Assembly: GCA_963514005.1 (NCBI GenBank)
Contig: OY740795.1
Location: 496,001-560,000, forward strand
Length of the DNA: 64,000 nt
Direction: 5' to 3'
From: Raja brachyura
Lineage: Eukaryota
The position numbers and the translations under genes are program-made. The notes beneath the pieces are model-generated. The model had not been told where the DNA came from, ran no database searches, and was given only the letters and a program-made list of their open reading frames with translations. Below, piece after piece: positions 40,660 to 52,800 of this stretch. Every line of letters begins with the position of its first letter. The stretch's first letter is position 1.

Positions 40660-41280
40660 TCATGAATCATAGGAGCATAATTATATTGTTCGGCCCATCG
40701 AGTCTACTCCGCGGCTGATATATATTTATCTCTTGTATCCATTCTGCTGCCTTTCCCCAAAAGTCCTTGACTCCTTAACTAATCACAAATCTGTCATTCA
40801 CCGCTTTGAAACATTCCCAAATGACTTGGACTCCGTGGCTACCTGTGGCAATGAATTCCACAGATTCACCGCTGACTAAATAAATGTCATGTTTATGTAC
40901 TTTTACACTGAGACTGCGCCGTCTTGTCCTAGATATTCCAACAACTGGAAACATCCTCTCCATATCGACCATCCTCGGACCTTTCAATCTTCATTCTGTG
41001 GCAATAAAGTCTCCGTTTAAGATCCAGCGTGCACAGGCCGAGCGCCATCAAACGCTCTTCATAGGTCACCTCAATCATCTCCGAGATCATTATTCTAAGC
41101 CTCATCCGAACCGTCTCCAAGGCCAGCATATCCCTCCTCAGATATGGGCCCAAAAACGGCTCATCATTTTCCACATCCTGTTGGCCCATTCTACCAACCT
41201 GTCCATCTCCAGGTTCGCTACTTTCCTCTACACTACCTGTCCCTCTAGCTGTGTTCATATAATCTGCAAACCTGGCCACA
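40660..41280 (-). mobile_element. Old CR1-clade LINE fragment
   Basis: Minus ORFs 40775-40987 and 40929-41279 with YEERLMALGL. Confidence 0.8.
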
Positions 41281-42269
41281 AAGTCAAATTGTTTGAGTTA
41301 TTCTGCAACTATAAACATATATAATTTAGAGTGACGTTAAAAGAGATGCAATATGCAGTATTTCTGTTATTGCTGTTTTCCATCTTTTTCATATACCAGA
41401 GAACAAAAGTGATTATATCAGTTGATAAGGTAGACAAAAATGCTGGAGAAACACAGCGGATAAGGGCGCGTCTATGGCGCGAGTGAAATAGGGAACGTTT
41501 CGGATCGAGACCCTTGTTTAGACACTTGTTCATATCTGTTGACAATGTTCATTCAGAATTTATAAATATTTCTTGTATTTGTTGTATATTTATCGTACAG
41601 AAAATGGCGTAGCCCAGGCACGGTAGTGGAACTGCGATCATATTAGACCGTAAACAAACTTTCCAACACTGATACGTGTATTCCATACTGCTACAGTCTC
41701 TGTAGGATTAATACCGTTTTTGGTGAAGTCTGAAATAAACATTGACGCAGCCTCGTGCTTTACAGACGGATACATTTTTGATGTAATTATTGCAGAGGGA
41801 ATGCAGCGTATGATGTTGATAGGAGCTTTAAACGCATTGTGTAATGTATAACATGGATTTAGACAAACATATGGACATGCAGGGAGTAGCGGGATGTGAA
41901 TCATTTGCACGTAGATGACAATAGTTTATCTTGGCATTACATTGGCAGCACAGAGATTGTGAGTCGAAAAGCATGTAACTGTGCTGTACATTTCTATGTT
42001 CTCTATAGTGTATTTGCAAGACAATTATGGAGTATGCTCAGTGTAATGTACAGAAGGTTGAGGCAGATTGTGATTTCAGCATTACAGACGTTGGGCTTTA
42101 CTCATGGATGCTTGTTTAAGTGTAAATTATGGAGATGTAAGGCCTAATGTGACATGGAATTGTGCTTTAGAACAAGGTAATGTACTTGGTTTTTTAGTTT
42201 AGACATTCAAAATGTTATTTCAATTAATACAGCCCTTAAACAAGAACGATGTATATTATTGTAGATATA

Positions 42270-42600
42270 GGGGCGGCACAGTGGCTTATAGGGCGAAAGG
42301 TGGCATAGTGGTATAACTGCTACCTAACAGCACCAGAGACCCAGATTCGACCCTGAATGGAAGGTGTCTGTACGGTGTTTCTCCGTTCTCCGTGTGAGCG
42401 CGTGTCTTTCCTCCGGGTGCACCTGTTTCCTCCCACACTCCAAAGACATATAGCTTTGTAGGCTTATTGGCATCGAAAAATAATGTGTATTGTCCTTAGT
42501 GTTTTGGATAGTGCGAGTTTACGGGGACCACTGTTCGGTGCGGACTCGGAGTTCCGAAGGGCCTGTTTCTGAGATGTGTATCTAAACTAAACTAAACTAA
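42270..42600 (+). mobile_element. HE1-type tRNA-derived SINE, near full length
   Basis: 5' head gggcggcacagtggc with a B-box-like gattcgaccc; body tttcctcccacactccaaagac; 3' end shared with the CR1 second-family tail (gaagggcctgtttc); (TAAAC)n tail. Confidence 0.8.
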
Positions 42601-42749
42601 AGATGATAAAAGAAAACACGATGTGAAATGAGCGGAGCTTTAATTCTTTTAATGTACAGTGAATTTAATGAATATAAGGGATAGGTTTAATATGGTCTCT
42701 CCGGGACACGGACAAGGTTAGATAAATCAATAAGTTAGACAATATACCG

Positions 42750-45460
42750 TGAGATTGAAGGACATCCACATTAGGCAAGAAATTGTGTTAGGTAGACTGA
42801 TGGGACTGAAGGATGATAAATCCGTGGGGCCTGATGGCCTGCATACCATGGTACCTAAGAAAGTGGTTTTGGAAATCATGGACGCATTGATGATACTTTT
42901 CCAATGTTCTATTGATTCAGGATCAGTTCCTGTGGATTGGATGTAGTTAATGTTATCCATTGTTTTAAGATAAACTGGAGAAAGAAAACAGAGAATTATA
43001 GACCAATTAGCCTGACATCGGTGACGGGCAAGATGATGGAGGCAATTATAAAATATGGAATAGCGGCACATTGGTATAGTAGTAACAGGATCGGTCCGGT
43101 CAGCATGGATTTACAAAGGAAATATCCTGCTTGACTAATCTTCTGGATTTTTTTGAGGATGTAATGAGGAAAAAGGAGAGCCAGTGGAAGTAGTGTACCT
43201 TGACTTTCAGAAAGCATTTGATAAGGTACCGCATAGAATAGTGGGCAAAATTAGGGCACGTGGTATTGGGGTTAGAGTGCCGAATATAATTTTTTTTGGC
43301 AGACGGGAAACAAAGAATAGGGATTAACGGGTCCCTTTCAGAATGGCAGGCAGTGATAAGTGGGGTACCGCAAGGCTCGGTGCTGGTACCGCAGCTATTT
43401 AACATGTACATCAATGATTTATACGAAGGGATTCAAAGTAACATGAGCAAATTTGCAGATGACATAAAGCTGGGTGGCAGTGTGAGCTGTGAGCAGGATG
43501 CTGTGAGAATACAGGGTGACTGGGCAGGTTGGGTAAGTTAGGAAGATGAATGGGAGATGCAGTTGAACGTGGATCTTAAGTGATGTTATCCACTTTGGTA
43601 GCAAAAACAGGAAGGCAGATTATTATCTAAATTATGTCAAGTTTGTAAAAGGGGGAGCACAACGGGATCTGGGGGGTCCATGTTAATCAGACAATGAAAA
43701 TAAGCATGCAGGTATTGCAGGCAGTGAAGAGAGCGAATGGCATGTTGGCCATAAAAAGATGAGTTGAGTATAGGAACAAAGCGAAACTTCTGCTTTTGTA
43801 TCGGGCTCTAGTGAGACCACACCTGGAATATTGTGTGGCATTTTGGTCCCCTAATACGAGGAAGGACATTCTTGCTATTGAGGGAGTGCAGCGTAGGATT
43901 ATAAGGTTAATTCCCGGGATGGCGGGACAGTCATATGCTGAGAGAAAGTTACGGCTGCGCTTGTGTACTCTGGAGTTTAGTAGGATGAGAGGGGATTTTA
44001 TTGAAACATATAAGATTATTTAGGGGTTGGACACGCTAGAGGCAGGAAACATGTTCCGTGATGTTGGGGGAGTCCGGAACCAGCGGCCACAGGTTAAGAA
44101 TAAGGGGTAATCCATTTAAAACGGATATGAGAAACATAGAAACATAGAAACCTTGAAAATAGGTGCAGAATATGCCATTCGGCCTTTCGAGCCGGCACCG
44201 TCATTCAATATGATCATGGCTGATCATCCAACGCAGTTTCCTGTACCTGCTTTCTCTCCATACCCCCTGATCCCTTCAGCCACAGGGGCCACATCTAACT
44301 CCCTCTTAAATATAGCCAACGAACTGGCCTCAACTACCTTCTGTGGCAGAGAATTCCACAGATTCACCACTCTCTGTGTGAGAAATTATTTTCTCATCTC
44401 GGTCCTAAAAGACTTCCCCCTTATCCTTAAACTGTGACCCCTTGTCCTGGACTTCCCCAACATCGGGAACAATCTTCCTGCATCTAGCCTGTCCAACCCC
44501 TTAAGAATTATTTAAGTCTCTATGAGATCCCCCCTCAATCTTCTAAATTCCAGCGAGTACTAGCCGAGTCTATCCCGTCTTTCTACACAAGGAAGTCCTG
44601 CCATCCGAGGAATCAGTCTGGTGAACCTTCTCTGTACTCCCTCTGTTGCAAGAATGTCTTTCCTCACATTAGAGGACCAAAACTGTACGCAATACTCCAG
44701 GTGTGGCCTCACCAAGACCCTGTACAACTGCAGTATAACCTCCCTGCTCTTGTACTCAAATCCTTTTGCTATGAATGCCAACATACCATTCGCTTTCTTC
44801 ACAGCCTGCTGCTCCTGCATGCCTACTTTCAACGACTGGTGTACCATGACACCCAGGTCTCGTTGCATCTCCCGTTTTCCCAATCAGTCACCATTCAAAT
44901 AATAGTCGACTTTCCTGGTTTTGCCACCAAAGTGGATAACATCACATTTATCCACATTATACTGCATTTGCCATGCATTTTTCCACTCACCCAGTCCATC
45001 CACCTTGCATTCTCCTAGCATTCTCCTCACAGCTAACACTACCCCCCAGCTTCGTGTCATCCGCAAACTTCGAGATGTTGCATTTAATTCCTTCGTCCAA
45101 ATCATTAATATATATTGTAAATAGCTGGGGTCCCGGCACTGAGCCTTGCGGTACCCCACAATCACTGCCTGCCATCCTGAAAAAGACCCGTTCACACCTA
45201 CTCTTTGCTAAATGAGGAAACACTTTTTCACACTGAAAGTTGTGTGTCTGTGGACGTCTCTGCCTCAGATGGCGGTGGAGGCCGGTTCTCTGGATACATT
45301 AAAGAGAGAGGTGGAGAGGGTTCAAAAAGATAGCGGAGTCAGGGGATATGGGGAAAGGCAGGAATGGGGTACTGATTGGGGATGATTATCCACGATCACA
45401 TTGAATGGCGGTGCTGGCTCGAAGGGCCGGATGGCCTACTATTGCATCTATTGTCAAATA
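42750..45460 (+). mobile_element. CR1 (+) interrupted by a younger CR1 (-) at about 44130-45210
   Basis: Plus ORFs 42749-44023; minus ORFs 44560-45223; the host 3' end resumes at about 45212. Confidence 0.9.
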
Positions 45461-45639
45461 AATAAACAACATGTTCTAAACAGGTAAAATGCACGTCGCC
45501 TCTGATCGCGATGAATACAGAAAACAGATTGACAGTATATACACAGGTGCAGATATTTATTGATAATTGGCTATAACGTAACCTTAGGTGCGCAATGTTT
45601 GCAGCAAACATTATGCGCAATTAAACGGATCTCCCTGTC

Positions 45640-47130
45640 CTGATTCCAATCCTTCTACTCACTGTACTTCCCTATGCCTACACCACCATCTTACGTTCCA
45701 CTCACACCACCATCGTACGTTCCACGTCCGTACCACACTCCGTGTAAAAAAACTTGCCTGGCCTATCTGCATTAAATGTTCCACATCCCACCCTATATTT
45801 ATGCCATCCCTTGTTGAGTATTTGCACCGTGGAAAATAATTCTGACTGTCTGCCCCATCAATACCTCTCATTATTTTATATAATTATACCAAGTCTCCCA
45901 CGATTCTCCGACGATACAGAGAAAACAATCCAAGGTTATCCAAGCTCACATTGTAGCTGATGCCGGCAGCATTCTGGTTAACCTGCATTCTGGTTACCCT
46001 CTCCAAAACCTCCATATCATCCCTGTCACGGAGGGATTGGAACTGTGTTCAATAGGTCATACTCCTGTATAACTGCACCATGGCTTCCTGACCCGTATCC
46101 CCAATCCCCCAAGCGTTGAACGCATGCACGCCTTGCCCTCACTTCACCATCTACATATGCTGCCAACCGCAGTGAGCTATGAACTTGGACTCCACGATGC
46201 CTCTGCATATCCATATTCCCAAGAATCTAGCAATATACTGTGTAAAAACCTAATGTGATAATTATGATATATTTATGCCTAATTATGATAATGATTGAAT
46301 GGTGGCGGCTTCACCTCAATTGAAAAAGATTAAAAAATGTAAGAGAGGATCCAATGTGATGGAAACGCTTTTTTACGATTTAAATTGAAACTGATTACAT
46401 TAAAACATATTCTGTTTGGATGAATTATGTGTTGTTTCTAAGACCATATGTAATAGCAATAGCGAATGAAGCATACTATATATATAGTCCAAGCCAAATG
46501 TTATTAAGTTATTATTAAGAAACTCTGAAGATATGAGACGGGATTTGGCTAGGATTGGCGGGCAAATTATACTCAAAGAGTTGACGGAGCGTATGCAATG
46601 GTAACGATTTAATGACGGCATGGATGAACTGCAAGAATTGTTCATCTTGTAGTATTTTGTGCAATTTTAGTCACCTCATTTGAGAAAGGACATTGCTGCT
46701 ATTGAGGGAGTGCAGTGCACTATAACATCAATTAATATCACCAGGTTTATTCCCGGGATGGCGGGACTGAGAGGCTGGATGCTGGGAAAATGTTCCCGAT
46801 GTTGGGGGAGTCCAGAACCAGGGGACACAGTTTACGATTAAGGCAATGACCATTTAGGACTGAAATGTGGATACAAAAAATCACTCAGAGAGTTGTGAAT
46901 CTAAGGAATTTTCTGCCACATAAGGCAGCGGAAGCCAATTTACTGCATCCTTTCAAGATAAAGTTAGATTTAGCTCTTAGGGCTAAAGGAATCATGGGAT
47001 AGGGGGAAAGCAGGATCGGGGTACTACATTTATTTGATCAGCCATGATTATGTTGAAAGGTGGTTCATTTTCAAACGGACGAATGGCCTACTCCTGCACC
47101 TATTTTTCTATGTATCGTCTATGTTTCTAA
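45640..47130. mobile_element. Highly degraded CR1 fragments (- at about 45640-46250; + at about 46500-47130)
   Basis: Residual motifs FFTRSVVRTWN and GVQVHSSLR; TTTCTATG tail at about 47105. Confidence 0.7.
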
Positions 47131-47226
47131 CACATGACGCATCAAGTATCAAGAATGTATAATTTTCATAAGTACCGAGAGCGGTACAATTAAACTCCTA
47201 CTTGGGTCTGGACGTACATGGCAGTG

Positions 47227-47491
47227 NNNNNNNNNNNNNNNNNNNNNNNNNNNNNNNNNNNNNNNNNNNNNNNNNNNNNNNNNNNNNNNNNNNNNNNNNN
47301 NNNNNNNNNNNNNNNNNNNNNNNNNNNNNNNNNNNNNNNNNNNNNNNNNNNNNNNNNNNNNNNNNNNNNNNNNNNNNNNNNNNNNNNNNNNNNNNNNNNN
47401 NNNNNNNNNNNNNNNNNNNNNNNNNNNNNNNNNNNNNNNNNNNNNNNNNNNNNNNNNNNNNNNNNNNNNNNNNNNNNNNNNNNNNNNNNNN
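47227..47491. other. Assembly gap
   Basis: Run of N. Confidence 0.99.
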
Positions 47492-48662
47492 NTGGAGGTG
47501 TGGAAAGAACTTGATTCCTCCATTGACCTCGTTTGCTTCAACATTTCTGCAAGTTGAGATTTAAGTGGACAGCAAAATCATATTCTGAAGTGAATCAATA
47601 ATTTAAAATCACATCAGTCCATTTGAACGAGATAGAGAATTTCCTTGATTCGCGCCAACTGCCAATATCCTTAAAACATATAATCACCGTCGAGAATGAT
47701 ATCGTCATTGCTTCGTTTGTGTTGCTCTGAAAGGGGCTGGAAACGGAGATGAGCTGATTTAAATAAACGCAGATGTCAACAGCCCCAGACCTAAGTTCGT
47801 TTACTGAAGGACAAAAACAGAATCAATGTTTCCCCCGAGGCGCTAGTAACAGAAAAAGCGAGAAAGAAATGCAAATCTCCGAACAGATTATTTTAGAGAC
47901 ATTTATTTTAAGTTATCAACGTTTCCTCTTGTATAAAAAATAAACAAAATTGAAGTGCATATGGATGATGGTAGACAATAATATTTCCTACAATGTTTGG
48001 TTAACTAACAACATGTATCACATTCCTTATTTTCCAACAATGGCTGGGATCGATAGCATTATCTGCATACATTTGAATGCCACGCGAAACAAATTCACAG
48101 ATGTGTGGAAAATATAATGATAAGTTCCAATTCAAGTCGGAGAAGAATGGTATGTTGGCAGGCAGGAACATTTATTTGCCTGTATGCACCTTACATTCCG
48201 ACATTCCTCGTGTTTTCCTCACAAATCGGTCAACTACTATCTATCTGCTCAGACAAAACAAGTGGATTCTTCTTCAGATATCTCTATTAGATATCTCTAT
48301 GAGACACAATGTGCACAACCAGTGCAGTCTAGATAAATGAAACACTGTCCAAAATAAATGCTAATTGATTGATTGTTTGGAACGTGTGTTCATTCAAATT
48401 TGCTCTTTGTAATATCAACACCACTGGAATCGTTCCTAGTGCTAATTTCTCCAATCACTCCACAGATCAACAATTCCACTCCTGCACCATAACACCCATT
48501 AATTTATTTTGGATCTCGTGATGCCATTTTAATATAACTTTGTTGTTTTTTTCAAACATTTCCCCAAACTGCCTTTTATGTAACCAACTTCGAAATTGGA
48601 ATGGACAGTCCCAATATTATTCGATATTCTTGTAGTAACGATCTGCGGATGTCGGTTTAAAT

Positions 48663-48820
48663 CGAAGATAGACAAAAAATGCTGGAGAAACTCAGCGGGA
48701 CAGGCAATATCTCTGGAGAAGTCTTAAGAAGGGTCTCAGCCCGAAATGCCACCCATTCCTTCTCTCCAGAGATGCTGCCTGTCCCACTGAGTTAATCTGG
48801 CATTTTGTGTCTACCTTTGA
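48663..48820. repeat. Palindromic Penelope-derived short repeat (hairpin)
   Basis: 48665-48720 is the imperfect reverse complement of 48760-48816. Confidence 0.75.
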
Positions 48821-48825
48821 AAAAA

Positions 48826-49019
48826 NNNNNNNNNNNNNNNNNNNNNNNNNNNNNNNNNNNNNNNNNNNNNNNNNNNNNNNNNNNNNNNNNNNNNNNNNNN
48901 NNNNNNNNNNNNNNNNNNNNNNNNNNNNNNNNNNNNNNNNNNNNNNNNNNNNNNNNNNNNNNNNNNNNNNNNNNNNNNNNNNNNNNNNNNNNNNNNNNNN
49001 NNNNNNNNNNNNNNNNNNN
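48826..49019. other. Assembly gap
   Basis: Run of N. Confidence 0.99.
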
Positions 49020-49589
49020 ATTGATCACACACACATGTATTTCCTTTTTAGTTCCCTGTCTATTTGTTCAGCTTGAATCTATAGTTTTCAGTCTTCAGTT
49101 AATGTCATCAATGCATAGGCGCTGCTTTTCCCTCCTGGTATTTCGAAACTACTGAACAGCGGTGCGATTAAACCTAATATTCCGAACTGTTCCTGGTATG
49201 TTTTAAATTAGACCACGCTGAATCACATGAGAAAGTTCTAACCTTCTGTACCTCAAGTTGCTATTTCTCATGAAACATGTATATATTGCCAGTGGAATCC
49301 CCATAGGTTCTGCAAAGCCTGGTCGTTTCTTGAGCCGATGTCATACTTGTCATTGCATCGCTGCCGATTTTCCTGTGAGGCTCTTTGGATCCTTGGAAGG
49401 ATATTTTAACGCCAAGGTGTTTATTTTATTCTGTGGTATTTTAGTAAGCGATGCAGATTATAAGGTCTGGCGCATATTAACATGAATTTGAGGAATTCCA
49501 AACATATCTAACGACACCATGAAACTGCACCATGAAATCGATCTTTAAACCGTCTTATTTACAAGTATCCCGTGACTTTATATTGTGTA

Positions 49590-49760
49590 AAGGGCGGAAG
49601 CGTACGCTGTTTTATTGTGCATCTGTATTAGTTAATAGATGTGAAAGCGTAACAGTCAATTTTACTGTTGAGTTGGGAGCCGTGTATTAGCTCCGCCCCC
49701 TTCACCACTCGGTTTGCAGGCCCCGCATACAGCCACACCTTCTTTTGATGGGTATTTAAT
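49590..49760 (+). promoter_or_regulatory. Putative IgH V promoter (TATA-like box, two GC boxes, no canonical octamer)
   Basis: TATTTAA at 49753-49759, about 90 nt before the ATG; GGGCGG at 49592-49597 and CCGCCC at 49693-49698. Confidence 0.45.
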
Positions 49761-49849
49761 TCTCTCTAAGAGGGTCCGAAATCCAACTTTCTTGTAGTGG
49801 TTTCTTGGAGGTTCTGCACAGAAACAACCGGGTCACACCTCCCAGCAGA

Positions 49850-49895
49850 ATGAGGACGGCGGTTTCACTGAGTTTGTTCCTGGTATTAATTGCCC
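49850..49895 (+). CDS. IGHM: IgH leader exon
   Basis: 46-nt exon [15 protein letters not shown] followed by donor GTGAGT; 174-nt intron to the V exon. Confidence 0.93.
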
Positions 49896-52800
49896 GTGAG
49901 TAATTAGTTGGAAATATTCCTCACCCAAGTTTCTCACTGGTATATCCCCAACGCCATTTCCCTTCTACCCACTCGAGCACCATCTCAATTTCTTTCCTCT
50001 TGATAATTAGAGTCGGGGATCAATGGTCAATAATTTATCTGCGCCATTCATGCCTTTTTAAACTTGCAGGTGTCCATTCCGATGTCTACCTAACTCAGCC
50101 CAAGGCAGAGTCCGCCACACCTGGGGGCTCCATCACACTGACCTGCAAAACCAGCGGATTCGCTCTCGGCAGCTACCGGATGCATTTCGTCCGTCAGGTC
50201 CCAGGGCAGGTGCTGGAGTGGCTGCTTGACTACTATGGTCCTTATAACGAGTACTTCGCTCCGGGGATAAAAGACCGATTTATTCCGTCCAAAGACAATT
50301 CGAATAATATGTTCTCCGTGACCGCCTGGAACCTGAGGATCGAAGACACGGCTATCTACTACTGTACGAGAGGATATAGAGCTGATATATGGGATCTTGC
50401 ATACTGGGGAGGAGGCACCATGTTAACGGTAACCAACGGTAAGAAACGTCATCATATTCAGTATCTAGATGTATCCAGTTGCAATTTTACTCTATATTTC
50501 AAATAATTGTATTGAATAGTTCAGCTGGATAACTTACACATTCATTGCAATGTTGGATCAATGTTGCTTAAGAAGGATATATTTCTATGCTATCTCTAAT
50601 TTGAACTGAATTTGCCATGGATTAGTCCTTCAACGATCATCGCCCTGGAAATGTCTTGGTTTTACATTGTCCATGGTTTTACATGTCTTACATTGAGTAT
50701 AGAAGCTGGGATGTAATGTTAAAATTGTACAAGGCATTGTTGAGACCAAATCTGGAGTATGGTGTACAATTTTGGTCGCCCAATTATAGGAAGGATGTCA
50801 ACAAAATAGAGAGGGTACAGAGACGATTTGATGTGGACAAGCTTTTCCCTTTGAGAATAGGGAAGAATCAAACAAGAGGACATGACTTTAGAATTAAGGG
50901 ACAGAGGTTTAGGGGTAACATGAGGGGGAACTTCTTTACTCAGAGTGGTAGCGGTGTGGAATGAGCTTCCAGTGGAAGTGGTGGCGGCAGGTTCGTTGGT
51001 ATCATTTAAAAATAAATTGGATAGGCATATGGATGAGAAGGGTATGGAGGGTTATGGTATGAGTGCAGGCAGGTGGGACTAAGGGAAAAAAGTTGTTCGG
51101 CACGGACTTGAAGGGCCGATATGGCCTGTTTCCGTGCTGTAATTGTTATGTGGTTATATTGTTATATGGTTTTCTCTTTCCACAGATGGTGCCCAACCCG
51201 ATGACCCATTTCTCTGTTTTCTGACAAAGATCACAAGTTTACCTATTTGGAAAATACGTTTAATATAAATTGGAGAGATTACAAAAGAGCTGTAATATTC
51301 AATTACTTTTTAATCCATGCATTTTTTGAAGGATAATATGAAATCATTTGTTCTGTGGCTCCCAATGTCAGTTAAACATAAATCGTTCCTCTATTTACGA
51401 AATTGCTAATGAAAAATGTACGTTTTACGAACAGTTACGGTGAAAAAAATGAAAAATTGTGAAATGGTGGAATGTTGGAAACAACATTTTCTCTGCTATT
51501 TAATTATACAACAGGGTGTGCCACTAATCAAGTTCAAGTTCAAGTTACATTTATTGTCACATGCGCCAATCGGCACAGTGAGATTGAGTTGAATAGAGTG
51601 GGAATCCTTGAATAGATTGGGAATTGAAATCGATGGCTGAACGGAGGGTTTGAATGATACTCAAAATTACATTTTCATTTATATAACTAAAACATTGATT
51701 TAACAACATTGTGCATTTTTACTATTAAAAGTAGACTACCTCTATATGAATTATAGCCTTTGGCTGTTAAAGTCACGAAGCAAACTTTGATTTTTTTTAA
51801 AATAGATTGCAGGTTGTAATTTATAATGGGCATATTTTTTGTTCGTCTCCTATCGGACAGTGATACAATGTTAATCATTCGATCAGTGCCGATGACATTG
51901 CAAACGTAAACTCGTTTTAAATATGCTGGAAACTGAACTGGGCGTCATTGCATAACATTAATTTTCATTTGATTATTATTGAGTTAATTGTGCGGCAGTC
52001 TATTGCAATGGTGCACAGAGGAAAACACTTGAAATTGTGCCAATTAATTTAATTACGAAATATTAACATGTTCTTATAATTTATATTCTACATTTCCAGA
52101 ATTTGTGGAACATAACGTTTATCAATTCAGACATTATATTGAGAGTTATTTTTAATCCTTACCAATGCAATCTCTGGCATGTTTTTAATCAAGTATGAAT
52201 GTAATGTACTTATCGGTTGGTTTGCTTTTCGGAATTTACTTGCAATTACTGTAGGCGTACAAATGATCAGTATATTTTTGTGATTGATGGGAGAACAAAA
52301 CACAGTACAAAAGCGACATTTTAAGTGTGTTATTTGTCGTTAAATAACAGAGCTACCATTTCAATCCCATCCACCCCTTAGTTGGTTTCGTTCCATGGAC
52401 ACATTTGAGGGCAAGAACAAGATTGTGATTGCTGATTTTTGCCTTCACCCAATTTATGTTTAGGAGCCGGATATGGTAAACCACAGTTATCCTTCAAATT
52501 TCTGCTTTTTTATCGGGTAATCTGTGAACCATTTATAAAACCAAAACTCTTCCCTCTTCCTACAATTCAAAATTTTAGCCATGGGCACTATCATGGGCAC
52601 AAGCGAAACCTAGCAAAAATTATTAATTTTAATTAAATCAATGCAAATATGATTTGTAAATTCGGTCAAACCCTCCTTTGTGCCATCGATTTCAATTATC
52701 ACTGCATTAACGGATTAGTGGGATAGTCTGTTCTATAATTAAAACAGCAGAGAAACTTTCGTTTCCAACATTCCAATTTCTATTTTGTTGGGTACATGGA

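Noticed and set aside
47869-47876. Perfect octamer ATGCAAAT about 2 kb upstream of the leader
   Set aside because: Too far for a VH promoter octamer, separated by a gap, and the same 8-mer occurs elsewhere (13438) by chance.
50000-50506. ORF-track 168-aa protein taken as a single-exon gene or processed retrocopy
   Set aside because: Its ends are intron read-through; the true exon is 50070-50438 and the gene keeps all introns.
51574-51620. RSS heptamer CACAGTG in the J-C intron (also at about 42277)
   Set aside because: No nonamer at 12 or 22/23 nt spacing; both lie within repeat fragments.
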